Below are positions 1 through 9,128 of a DNA stretch of 14,657 bases, piece after piece. The first letter of the stretch is position 1. Every line of letters begins with the position of its first letter. A program made the position numbers and the translations under genes. Below the pieces are notes generated by a model. The model was not told where the DNA came from. It saw only the letters and a list, made by a program, of their open reading frames with translations, and did no database searches. This DNA is from Fidelibacterota bacterium (GTDB taxonomy: Bacteria; Fidelibacterota; UBA2242), in contig JBNGDF010000046.1 in assembly GCA_049975265.1 (NCBI GenBank), positions 1 to 14,657 on the forward strand, read 5' to 3'.

Positions 1-69
1 CCCAAGGTTAATACTAAACAATTGTTATTATTCAACTTTTAACGGGACAGTAGTGGGTAGGAGTAAATA

Positions 70-2850
70 ATGAGAGAGAAATTACTGACGAAAATCGGAG
101 AACTGGCTGCCCGGAAAACCTGGTGGATGCTGCTCGCTATCATTGTCATTACATTGATCTTTGGTGCAATGTCAGAACATCTTGAAATGAGCATGAACCT
201 GACGGATATTCTGCCATCAGACGATCCGATGGTTGATGAATTCAACACGATTTTCACAGAGTTCAACGGCGCCTCCACAATCTTTGTTGTGTTGGAAGGC
301 GATTATGACCACATGATTCAGTTTGCGGAAGACATTAGCCTAAAACTTAAAAATCTTGATGATTACATTGAAAATGAGGCATCGGATAAAATCAAAGCTC
401 AACATGCGACTGCGATGGCGAACGCCGCTGCGGGCGAAGTTAAATTCGATGGTAAATATATCGACCGAGTCGATTATAAAATGCCCGTCGAATTTATAAA
501 AAATCATGGCTTAATGCTGATCAAACCGGAAGATTTAAAGAACACGGAAAATGTGTTTTATGATCCCAATCTTCTGCCCTTTTTAACCAATCTTAACAAC
601 AGCCTCGAGAAGGAATATATTAATTCGGAGGAGAAGATATCCACCACTCAGCGGGAGCAGAACGCCGTCAAATTTCTGGACGGTATTGAGAGTTGGGTCG
701 ATGCTGTCAACGATGGCTGGTATGCCGAAAAATACAACCCTGAAGTTGCCTTAACGGCTGCTGAAGCCGTCAGTATCGGCAGCCCCTATCTCGTATCACC
801 GGACCGCTCCGTGTTACTGATTATGGTCGAGCCGACATTCAATATCATGGAAATGGACCTGGTTCTGCCAGCCGTCAATGCAATTGAAGAAATGGTAAAA
901 AATGAGGCGCCCAATTATCATGTCAAAGCCGGTCTGACCGGAGGTATTGTTCTTGGGCGTGACGAGTATGTCGCCGGGATGGAAGATTCCATGTTGTTAA
1001 CGATCCTGTCCCTGGTGGCTGTATTTGTTCTGTTCGTGGTTACATTCCGGATGCTCAGTGCGCCGCTCCTGGCAATGCTGAACCTGATTATCGGACTGGT
1101 CTGGGCTATGGGTATTTCCTGGCTGCTTGTGGGAATGCTGAATATGTTTACGGCAATGATGGCGGTTGTACTCGTCGGGCTTGGGATCGATTTTTCCATT
1201 CACATTATCTCGGTTTTCAGTGAACTTGTTCAGAAAGGCGTCGATCCAAACGACGCCATTGTCGAAACCATGCGGAAAGTCGGTGGTGGTATCATTACCG
1301 GAGCATTCACAACCGCAGCAGCATTTTTGACCCTGATGATTGCCCGCAGCGACGGTATGTCGGGGTTCGGACTGGTCTGTGGTGTCGGACTGATTGTACT
1401 GATGATTGGTACGCTGGTGACAATGCCAACCATGCTCATGCTGCGGGAAAGATACCGTTCATGGCGCGGTAAAGAATTAAAGAAAACCCAAGATGTTTCC
1501 TACCGGGCTGTAGGGAATTTCAGTGAATCAATATTTAAACGTTGGCGCTTTTCGCTCATCGGTATTTTACTTATTACTGCTTTCCTTGGTATTATGATCA
1601 GCCGGGTCACCATGGATTATAACTACCTGAATATGGAACCGGTCGGTCTGGAATCAATCAAGTTGAATGATAAAGTTATTAAAAAATTCAATTTTTCATC
1701 CGATGTCACCATGATGACCGCCAATTCACTCAAGGAAAACTATGAACTGACCGAAGCAGCGAAAGAAAAACCAAGTGTCAGTTACGTGGAATCCCTCAGC
1801 GATTACCTGCCAACAGTCAAAGAGCAGAACGAACGCCGGCTAAAAGTGCGGGAACTTCGTCAGAAAATGGAAGACTCCCGGATCGCTTTTCAGGCAACTG
1901 CTGATGCCAAAGAGGAATTGAAATCGGAAGTTCAGCGTCTGATGTTCAATGTCATCGAATTGCAGGAACTGGCGTTTACCGGTGGTCAGGATCAGGTCGA
2001 TGAGAAAGCCATCCGTCTGGTCGGCACCCGCGAACATCCCGATGCCGGTAATCTGAACAAACTGCTTGATCGCCTGGAAGCCGGTTTTCCGGATAATTCA
2101 CGTCTGATTCAATTTAATCGCGATTTCGGGAAAAACTATAAGCAGATTGTCCTCAATATGGCTGATGATCGGACCATCACGATGGATATGCTGCCGCCGC
2201 TTATTCACAACAAATATATCAGTGAAGACGGAAACCGTTTTCTGATCACGCTCTACCCGAAAGGCAATGTCTGGCATATCGATTATCTTGAAGCGTTCAC
2301 CGAAGATGTTCTCAGTATCACCCACAGTATATCCGGGACACCACCGATGTTCTACTATATGCTCAAAATTATCGGTCAAGACGGCAGACGGGCAATTTTT
2401 CTGACGCTGGCGGTTGTTTTTGTCTTATTGTTAATAGATTTTCGATCAATAAAACATGCTTTATTTGCCATGCTGCCGCTCTGCGTTGCTCTGGTCTGGA
2501 CAGTCGGATTTATGGGACTGACCGGTATTCAGTTTACCCTGTTGAATATTATGGCGATCCCGCTGATCCTCGGGATCGGGATCGATGACGGCGTGCATGT
2601 TTTACATCGCTATAAAACAGAAGGGCCCGGGTCGGTGAATACCGTATTCCGGTCGACCGGCAAAGCCATCATCATTACATCGTTAACAACCATGCTGGCA
2701 TTTGGATCGCTGGTGTTTGCGACTTATCGGGGATTTGGCAGTCTGGGATTGGCATTGTTCATTGGTGTCGGTATGTGTCTGCTGGTAACAGTTACTCTCA
2801 TGCCGGCAATCATGGCGATTATCGAGCGGAAAAAACAGACGAGTGGCTAA
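70..2850 (+). CDS. MMPL/RND-superfamily transporter (two MMPL repeats, about 12 TM; HpnN-like/putative lipid exporter subgroup)
   Basis: 926-aa ORF with AGGAG RBS at 59-63. The pattern (TM1, large soluble loop, 5 TM) occurs twice, with TM4/TM10 GxxxD motifs GLGIDFSIH and GIGIDDGVH and the typical 'GKAIIITSLTTMLAFGSL' segment. Confidence 0.92.
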   Translation: MREKLLTKIGELAARKTWWMLLAIIVITLIFGAMSEHLEMSMNLTDILPSDDPMVDEFNTIFTEFNGASTIFVVLEGDYDHMIQFAEDISLKLKNLDDYIENEASDKIKAQHATAMANAAAGEVKFDGKYIDRVDYKMPVEFIKNHGLMLIKPEDLKNTENVFYDPNLLPFLTNLNNSLEKEYINSEEKISTTQREQNAVKFLDGIESWVDAVNDGWYAEKYNPEVALTAAEAVSIGSPYLVSPDRSVLLIMVEPTFNIMEMDLVLPAVNAIEEMVKNEAPNYHVKAGLTGGIVLGRDEYVAGMEDSMLLTILSLVAVFVLFVVTFRMLSAPLLAMLNLIIGLVWAMGISWLLVGMLNMFTAMMAVVLVGLGIDFSIHIISVFSELVQKGVDPNDAIVETMRKVGGGIITGAFTTAAAFLTLMIARSDGMSGFGLVCGVGLIVLMIGTLVTMPTMLMLRERYRSWRGKELKKTQDVSYRAVGNFSESIFKRWRFSLIGILLITAFLGIMISRVTMDYNYLNMEPVGLESIKLNDKVIKKFNFSSDVTMMTANSLKENYELTEAAKEKPSVSYVESLSDYLPTVKEQNERRLKVRELRQKMEDSRIAFQATADAKEELKSEVQRLMFNVIELQELAFTGGQDQVDEKAIRLVGTREHPDAGNLNKLLDRLEAGFPDNSRLIQFNRDFGKNYKQIVLNMADDRTITMDMLPPLIHNKYISEDGNRFLITLYPKGNVWHIDYLEAFTEDVLSITHSISGTPPMFYYMLKIIGQDGRRAIFLTLAVVFVLLLIDFRSIKHALFAMLPLCVALVWTVGFMGLTGIQFTLLNIMAIPLILGIGIDDGVHVLHRYKTEGPGSVNTVFRSTGKAIIITSLTTMLAFGSLVFATYRGFGSLGLALFIGVGMCLLVTVTLMPAIMAIIERKKQTSG

Positions 2851-2864
2851 CGAAACGCACTGAT

Positions 2865-4238
2865 TTATTCCGCTCTGGAATCCGGAGGATCAACAGCCGC
2901 CGCCGATATATGGGCATCTTTATTTTCCTGCTGGCCATACAAAATCTGGCGGGAATTGATCCGGACATGATGCTGTCGTAAAAACAGAGCGCCCAATTTC
3001 AGGGTTACCCATTCCAGGGAGCCGGCGAAATCCACCTTTTCCCAGAGCCGGACAATTACGATCCAGATCACACAGATCACTAAAATAAACGTAACTATCT
3101 GCGTGATTCCCCAGTTCAGAACCGGCATCTCATCGACATACCCTACCGCCGTTTCCCAAAACTGCTCAAAGATGTGATACACACCATAAGCCAGCAGATA
3201 TTCCATGATGTAGATCGTCAGGGTCACCATGCTGAAGCGCCGCACAAAGAGGGTGCGCTCGATCCGTTTGCTCCGGACTTCCTGCGGGCAATAATCATAA
3301 CGACCAAGCATCAGCACCAGTGCAAATGTCATGGCGCCCAGGACCAGGATCTGCAGCATATTGGAATTATCATCGGTCGCAACATTGCCCACCGGATTTT
3401 CCACTAAAAAACACCAGACGACAAAGGCGATCAGCGCCAACGCAAAAAACAATCCGGTATATTTGCGCAGGTCCCTGAATTTTTCCCGGAAGAAAATGGC
3501 GGTTCCAACGATTCCACCGACATATCCAAAACCCAAAATGGGAAAAAACCGGAAACGACCGGTCGTCATCTTGCTGTACAATAGCAGCAGCAGTTTCCAA
3601 TTGTGTTTTTCCGAAACTGAATGGATATAGGGCTTGAGAGCCTGCACCACGGGTGTAAACAGAAACCAGAGCGCCGTTACGATCCCCAGCCCGATGTAAA
3701 TATAACGGGGCTTGACCGTTTCGTCAGTATTCACCCCCGATTTCTTTAATTTTCTGACTTTGATCCGGTTAATTATCAGGAGGATAAGCAGCGGCACGAG
3801 GATATTGGTCAGCGCAATGGAGTCCAGCGTATCGGCATAATAGCGCAGTCCGGAATCCAGGTTATCGAAGGAGTCAAAGCCGATCAAGCCCCCTTCAAAG
3901 ACAAACACCGCTGTGCGACTCACGAAAATCAGCAGAACGGCGGCGAGAATCCGCCGCAGAATATAGGCTGAACTCTCATTGGGATTGCGCTGATACACCT
4001 TCAGAAAACCGTAAGCAATATTGGCGCCCGTTATCTGGGTAAAAATCGGTCCCCACAGTGACAGGATGATGATCGGCGCCAGCATAATCATGATCTCCCG
4101 GGAAAGTCCCGAGATGATCGGCTCAAATAGCCCCGGATTACTCTCTCCAACCTGATAAATCAGGGCATGCAGGGGAATTACGAACAGGATGGCGATCCCT
4201 TTTACAATATCAAAGGTATAGATTCTGTCGCGCCGCAT
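2865..4238 (-). CDS. Polytopic membrane protein, DUF1624/HGSNAT-like (acyltransferase-3 clan) N-terminus with DUF418-like C-terminus; putative membrane acyltransferase
   Basis: 457-aa ORF with about 10 hydrophobic segments. N-terminal 'RIYTFDIVKGIAILFVIPLH' matches the R-x3-D-x2-(R/K)G-x-A...H clan motif. C-terminal 'TLTIYI...GSLEW' resembles the DUF418 'LT.Y...GPLEW' motif. Confidence 0.7.
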   Translation of the reverse strand: MRRDRIYTFDIVKGIAILFVIPLHALIYQVGESNPGLFEPIISGLSREIMIMLAPIIILSLWGPIFTQITGANIAYGFLKVYQRNPNESSAYILRRILAAVLLIFVSRTAVFVFEGGLIGFDSFDNLDSGLRYYADTLDSIALTNILVPLLILLIINRIKVRKLKKSGVNTDETVKPRYIYIGLGIVTALWFLFTPVVQALKPYIHSVSEKHNWKLLLLLYSKMTTGRFRFFPILGFGYVGGIVGTAIFFREKFRDLRKYTGLFFALALIAFVVWCFLVENPVGNVATDDNSNMLQILVLGAMTFALVLMLGRYDYCPQEVRSKRIERTLFVRRFSMVTLTIYIMEYLLAYGVYHIFEQFWETAVGYVDEMPVLNWGITQIVTFILVICVIWIVIVRLWEKVDFAGSLEWVTLKLGALFLRQHHVRINSRQILYGQQENKDAHISAAAVDPPDSRAE

Positions 4239-4244
4239 CGTGCA

Positions 4245-4273
4245 AATTTATGAAATTTTCATTTTCTTTTGAA
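4245..4273 (-). promoter_or_regulatory. Putative housekeeping promoter directly abutting the start codon (leaderless-type)
   Basis: Minus strand reads TTCAAA-N17-TAAATT-N6-ATG(4238). The -10 box extends to TAAATTTG, matching the Bacteroidetes TAnnTTTG motif. No Shine-Dalgarno is present. Confidence 0.5.
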
Positions 4274-4464
4274 CAATTAAAACACAACATGCTTATTTTC
4301 ACCCCTGGGTCAAGAAACAATCTGGGCACATATTACTTTTTCAGGTTTAATTTGGAAACCGTAAAGCCTGTTCGATAGAAAAATACAAAAGCAGGAACAA
4401 AATGGAAGACTGACACAGCCGATTGTCCCCTGGCAAACCGACTCCTGCCTTAGCGGATTGTTCC

Positions 4465-4986
4465 TTACAAATAATTCTCTACTTCCGCCATGAAGATTTT
4501 TTCTGTCCGGGCACCGATCCACTTCTGGCGGATTTTCCCCTCCCGGTCGATCAGAAAAGTCGTCGGAACGCCGCGGATGCCGTCATATTTCAGGGTTAAA
4601 TCCTGCAGATATTTCTCATCACCGGTTAGAATCGGATAGTTGATATTCCACGCCTGTACAAATTGCCGGATCTCTGCCACACTTCCCGACGACAGTGTAA
4701 TACCGATGATCTCCAAACCGTCCTCACGGTGTTTTTCGTACATACGGATAAAATCGGGAATCTCAATTTTGCAGGGCGCGCACCAGCTAGCCCAGAAGTT
4801 CAGCAGAATTACCTTGCCCCGGTACTGTTCGAGCGTCACCTCTTCACCATTGAGATTGATCAGGGAAAAATCCGCGGCGGTGCTGCCGACTGTACCGGCA
4901 GGTCCGGTCTTTCTCTGACCAGCGACCTGGGTACAAAACGCCAGTAAAATGACTATGTTTACCAGAATCACGATTCGATTTTTCAT
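4465..4986 (-). CDS. TlpA/ResA-family thiol:disulfide oxidoreductase (exported thioredoxin-like)
   Basis: N-terminal signal/anchor, 'DFSL..LNGEEVTLEQYRGKVILLNFWASWCAPCKIEIP' with a CxxC, and cis-Pro loop 'GVPTTFLIDREG'. Confidence 0.93.
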   Translation of the reverse strand: MKNRIVILVNIVILLAFCTQVAGQRKTGPAGTVGSTAADFSLINLNGEEVTLEQYRGKVILLNFWASWCAPCKIEIPDFIRMYEKHREDGLEIIGITLSSGSVAEIRQFVQAWNINYPILTGDEKYLQDLTLKYDGIRGVPTTFLIDREGKIRQKWIGARTEKIFMAEVENYL

Positions 4987-5017
4987 CCTTATTACCCTTT
5001 ATTATGCCGGTCTAACT

Positions 5018-6790
5018 TTATTGCTCTGCCACTGTTTTTTTCATTTTTTCAAGAAAAAGTTGTGGTTTTTCAAATCCCAGCGTTCGCAAATCAGGCAGCT
5101 CGTTGCCCTCCTTGTCAATAAACAGGATCGTGGGAACGCCCCGAATATCGAACCTTTCCCGCAAACGCATAATTTCGGAATTGGCTGAAGCGGTCAGATC
5201 GACTTTCAGCAACTGAAATTTCCGGCTGAAATCAATAATCGCCGGATCGGTGAAGGTCAACTTGTCCATCTCCTTGCAGGGAATGCACCAGTCGGCAGAA
5301 AAATCGATGATAACCGGTTGTCCGGATTTCAGGGCGGCTTTATAGGCTGTCTCTGAATAGGACTGCCATGCCATCTCTTCCGCAGCCATCGGTTCCGGTT
5401 TCAGAAACCAGGTTCCCGCGATGATGACCGCCACCGCAATCAGTCTTTTCAGCAGGACAAAGCCACGGGTATTTTCGCCTGCCCGGTTAAACATCAGCAG
5501 ATAGACACCTGATCCGATCATATACAGCGGAAAAATCCAGGCGTAAATCCCTTCCGGGATCAGCGGCTGCAGGAAATAGAGCGCCATTCCCAGAAGCACC
5601 AGACCAAAAATCGTCCGCACACCCACCATCCACTCCCCGGAGCGTGGCAGCCGCTCGATTTTGCTGGAAAAGAACGCCAGAAAAATAAACGGCAGTCCCA
5701 ATCCCAGTGACAATGTAAAAAACATGCTGAATCCGATGACCGGATTACCGGTGGAGGCGACATAGGTCAGGAGTCCGATGACAAAGGGACCGATACAGGG
5801 CGCTGCCACAATGCCCATCGTTAATCCCATCAGCAGCGCACCGGCATAACCGCTCCGGCTGCCGCCACTCATGGTCATTAAAAATGATGGAACGCCAAAC
5901 TCATAGACACCGAACATACTCAGCGACAAAGCAACCAGAATGCCCGCAATGACCAGCAGCACCACCGGATTCGTCATCAGGGAGCCCAAAAGTCCGCCGG
6001 TCAGCGCCGCCGCCGTACCCAGCGCCGAATTCACAACAGCAATACCCAACACATAGACAAGTGCCAGTAACAACCGTTTGCCCGATTTTCCGGCAGTCTG
6101 ACCGCCAAAATAGCTAATGGTTATCGGAATCAACGGATAAACACAGGGTGTCAGATTCAGCCCCAACCCACCCAGAAAAATCAACAGAAAGGTGAGAAAA
6201 ATCCCCTTCTGGGTAAAGGATTGACCCACGTTGAACGATTCGCCTGATTTTTCCAAATCGGTGGTCAGATGGCTGAAATGGTGTTCATTCCGAAAGATCA
6301 GCGGCTCATTTTCGGGCAGAATCGGAATCACCAGGGTAAAGGAGGTTTCCGCCGGTGGCAGACAGAGCTGGTCGTTGCAGCCCTGATAGCGCAGGCTGCC
6401 GTGCAACATCACGCTCCCAGCGATATCCGCCGCTATTTCTCCGTCAATAACAATGACAATTTCACCATCGTACACCGCCAGCGCTTCATCGGAAAAGGCA
6501 AAGGTTTTCTCTTCATGCGCCGGATAGTGGATTTTGGTAATCTGGTAATCCTCCGACCGGGCAATATGCAATTCCGTCGGAATCACAAATTCATCATGGG
6601 GATCCGCTGAATTAATATGCCACGGCTCGTCCAACTTCACCACAACCGCAGCCTGAAATTTGGAACCCGCATGCACGCCATTCGTCGAGAGATAGGCATT
6701 GACCGTCAGAATTTCCGGCTGGGCAGTCGCGATAATCGACCACATCGCCATCCAGATCAGAACCAGCAGAGAAACGATTTTAAATTTCAT
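5018..6790 (-). CDS. dsbD: Thiol:disulfide interchange protein DsbD (three-domain)
   Basis: Likely start at MKFKIVSLLVLIW (ATG 6790, signal peptide, 13 nt after the patatin stop). Alpha domain YQGCNDQLC, TM domain LTPCVYP and APCIGP, 'LPRSGEWM', and gamma thioredoxin domain DFSADWCIPCK. All six catalytic Cys are present. Confidence 0.92.
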   Translation of the reverse strand: MKFKIVSLLVLIWMAMWSIIATAQPEILTVNAYLSTNGVHAGSKFQAAVVVKLDEPWHINSADPHDEFVIPTELHIARSEDYQITKIHYPAHEEKTFAFSDEALAVYDGEIVIVIDGEIAADIAGSVMLHGSLRYQGCNDQLCLPPAETSFTLVIPILPENEPLIFRNEHHFSHLTTDLEKSGESFNVGQSFTQKGIFLTFLLIFLGGLGLNLTPCVYPLIPITISYFGGQTAGKSGKRLLLALVYVLGIAVVNSALGTAAALTGGLLGSLMTNPVVLLVIAGILVALSLSMFGVYEFGVPSFLMTMSGGSRSGYAGALLMGLTMGIVAAPCIGPFVIGLLTYVASTGNPVIGFSMFFTLSLGLGLPFIFLAFFSSKIERLPRSGEWMVGVRTIFGLVLLGMALYFLQPLIPEGIYAWIFPLYMIGSGVYLLMFNRAGENTRGFVLLKRLIAVAVIIAGTWFLKPEPMAAEEMAWQSYSETAYKAALKSGQPVIIDFSADWCIPCKEMDKLTFTDPAIIDFSRKFQLLKVDLTASANSEIMRLRERFDIRGVPTILFIDKEGNELPDLRTLGFEKPQLFLEKMKKTVAEQ

Positions 6791-6803
6791 ACCAAACTCA
6801 CAT

Positions 6804-7706
6804 TCAAGTAAACAATCTCCTGAATATAGAGTTCTGCTTTCGTAAAATGTTACGAATCTGTGGTAATTTTTCCCGGGTTTCCCAAACACCGGTTTCGATG
6901 AACTCGCGATAGCGGAGCAATTCGCTCCAGTGGACGGCGCCAATCGGTGGATGCAGTGCGACATCGGCTTTTGACAGCAGATAGCGAGCCAGCAATTTAC
7001 CCCGGACCTGATCCGCCCGGGAGATAATATCCAGAACATGAGGTTCATCCAGCGGATTCATTTGATTGGCGTCGACACTTACACCGATGACAATATCCGC
7101 GCCCATCTGCCGGGTCTGTTCGATCGGAATCGGTGCCGTTACTCCGCCGTCTGTCAGGTAGCGCCCGTCCCTTTTGTGAGGTGCTATAAATCCGGGGATG
7201 CTGGAGCTGATGGTCACCGCCTCACGGATACTGCCCTTCTGAAAGAGCACCGTCTCACCGCTGTTCAGGTCGGTGGCGGCACAGGCAAAGGGTACCCGGG
7301 TATCTTCAATATCCCCGTCATCAATCAACAGTGCCACCGCTTCTGATAGCCGCTCTGTCTTAATCACACCGGTACGGGAATGCGCAATATTGATCACAAT
7401 CCGCCGGGTAACCCCCTTCACCAGCTGATTCAAAAATGACGGATTCTGCTCGTTTTTCGGAACAATAAATTTCAACCCCAGGGATTCGTAATCCTGACTG
7501 GTAAAAAAGGTCTCCAGCTTTTCAATCAATGCTTCGACATCCGGATGCTGAGCATACATGGCACCGATAATCGCACCCATGGAGGTACCGGTAATGATAT
7601 CGATGGGAATTTGCTCCGTTTCCAGCACCTTTAGAACGCCGACGTGCGCCAAACCCCGCGCGCCGCCACCCCCCAGCGCCAGACCGACCTTGACTCTGCC
7701 CCTCAT
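6804..7706 (-). CDS. Patatin-like phospholipase (RssA/NTE family)
   Basis: LALGGGGARG oxyanion motif, GTSMG nucleophile elbow and DGG catalytic Asp. ATGA overlap with the upstream PPIase stop. Confidence 0.93.
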   Translation of the reverse strand: MRGRVKVGLALGGGGARGLAHVGVLKVLETEQIPIDIITGTSMGAIIGAMYAQHPDVEALIEKLETFFTSQDYESLGLKFIVPKNEQNPSFLNQLVKGVTRRIVINIAHSRTGVIKTERLSEAVALLIDDGDIEDTRVPFACAATDLNSGETVLFQKGSIREAVTISSSIPGFIAPHKRDGRYLTDGGVTAPIPIEQTRQMGADIVIGVSVDANQMNPLDEPHVLDIISRADQVRGKLLARYLLSKADVALHPPIGAVHWSELLRYREFIETGVWETREKLPQIRNILRKQNSIFRRLFT

Positions 7707-8347
7707 TTCAGACCGAGTTCCTCTTTACTGGTCATATATACCCGCCGCATGACGACATCTTCGAGTGGTCGATCCCGGTTATTGCGCCGAACCTGCACAA
7801 TCTTATCTACCACCTCCATGCCCTTAATCACCCGACCAAATACGGTATAACCCATCTGATCGAGGTAAGGTTGATCCCGGACACAAATATAAAACTGACT
7901 GCCGTTGGAGCGTTTCTCGGGATTGACCTGATCGGCTGAGCGGGCAGACGCCACGGCACCGCGGAGATGTTTCCCGCCGAATTCCGCCTGAATGGTGTAT
8001 CCCGGTCCGCCGGTACCGTCATTGTACATGTTATCATCCCGGCTGAATATATCGCCACCCTGAATGACGAAGCCGGGGATGACCCGGTGAAAAGTCGTGC
8101 TGTCGTAATAACCGGCGTTGACCAGTTTTTTAAAATTCATAACATGCAGCGGCGCTATTAAGGAAAAAAATTCAATATAGATTTCGCCAAAATCGGTCTC
8201 GATGACGGCTACTTCATCGGCGGTCACCATTTCATCGGGCAAGCCCTGAACTCCCCGGTTGATCTGCTCGATCTCCCGGCGTGACAGTGAGCCGGCAAGC
8301 AGAAAATTGACACAGATTAGCAGCAGAAGCAGAATGCGCTTTTTCAT
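7703..8347 (-). CDS. Cyclophilin-type peptidyl-prolyl cis-trans isomerase, exported
   Basis: FHRVIPGFVIQGGD, GTGGPGY, 'ASAR..DQVNPEKRSNGSQFYI' and YTVFGRV motifs. Likely start at MKKRILLLLL (ATG 8347, AGGT upstream), which gives a signal peptide. Confidence 0.93.
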   Translation of the reverse strand: MKKRILLLLLICVNFLLAGSLSRREIEQINRGVQGLPDEMVTADEVAVIETDFGEIYIEFFSLIAPLHVMNFKKLVNAGYYDSTTFHRVIPGFVIQGGDIFSRDDNMYNDGTGGPGYTIQAEFGGKHLRGAVASARSADQVNPEKRSNGSQFYICVRDQPYLDQMGYTVFGRVIKGMEVVDKIVQVRRNNRDRPLEDVVMRRVYMTSKEELGLK

Positions 8348-8354
8348 ACGACAC

Positions 8355-9128
8355 CTATAATTCGATGCATTGACCCGGTAAGGATTGACTGGCAATATGC
8401 AATTGCGGCATGCAGGTGGCTGAATCGGTAATTAACTGAAACGTTTTCCGCACCAGGTCCGGAGTGTTATTTTGTTCACTGAGATGCGCCAAAACTAGAT
8501 GTTTCAGGCGACCGTTCAGACTCAGTTGACGGAACAGACCCGCCGCCTGTTCATTGGACAGGTGACCGACCCGGCTCTTGATCCGGGTCCGCAGCCAGAG
8601 CGGATAGGGACCGTTGTCAAGCATTTCGATGTCATGATTGGATTCGAGAAACAGCAAATCCAGGTCCTGCAGATATGCCCGCAGATACTGAACCTCCGTG
8701 CCGATATCGGTAATAATGCCGAGCCGGTAATTCTTTCCGGCAATGACCAGACCGATGGGATCGACGGCATCGTGGGGAATATGAAACGTTTTGATCCGCA
8801 TGCCGGCGATGTCCAGTTCGTCTCCCGACTGAAAAGTCCTGAAATTCAGATTCTTTTGAATCCTTTCGGGAATTTTCGACAGCGTCTTTTCCGTCGTGTA
8901 AACCGGCACCCGGTAGCGGCGGGCAAAGGTCCCGACGCCCGCCAGATGATCGGAATGCTCATGCGTCAATAAAATCGCTGACACCGTTTGCGGATCGAGA
9001 TTCGCCGCAGTCATTCGGAAAAGCAGATTTTTCAGGCTGAATCCCTGATCCACCAGCAACGCCGGACCGTCGTCCTGAACATAGGTACTATTTCCCTTGC
9101 TGCCGCTGCCCAGATTACAGAAAATCAT
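8355..9128 (-). CDS. MBL-fold metallo-hydrolase, YycJ/WalJ-like
   Basis: LGSGSKGN start, THEHSDH metal motif, PHDA, 'LESNHD..ML..GPYP..L..RI....GHLSN' and 'LAHLSEQNNTP', all characteristic of the YycJ-like family. Confidence 0.9.
   Translation of the reverse strand: MIFCNLGSGSKGNSTYVQDDGPALLVDQGFSLKNLLFRMTAANLDPQTVSAILLTHEHSDHLAGVGTFARRYRVPVYTTEKTLSKIPERIQKNLNFRTFQSGDELDIAGMRIKTFHIPHDAVDPIGLVIAGKNYRLGIITDIGTEVQYLRAYLQDLDLLFLESNHDIEMLDNGPYPLWLRTRIKSRVGHLSNEQAAGLFRQLSLNGRLKHLVLAHLSEQNNTPDLVRKTFQLITDSATCMPQLHIASQSLPGQCIEL

Noticed and set aside
4310..4450. c-di-GMP riboswitch-like words (TGGGCAC, GTAAAGCC, GGCAAACC, CAGCCG)
   Set aside because: The motifs are not in the order or pairing of class I or II aptamers, and no plus-strand gene lies downstream.
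4310..4522. 70-aa minus-strand ORF overlapping the tlpA-like 3' end
   Set aside because: It is out of frame within a real gene, lacks an RBS and has no recognisable features.
6791..7048. 86-aa N-terminal extension of DsbD in the ORF track
   Set aside because: It overlaps the patatin CDS in another frame. The signal peptide begins at ATG 6790.
8348..8395. 16-aa N-terminal extension of the PPIase
   Set aside because: It overlaps the MBL hydrolase 3' end. MKKRILLLLL at 8347 has an RBS-like AGGT and gives a proper signal peptide.
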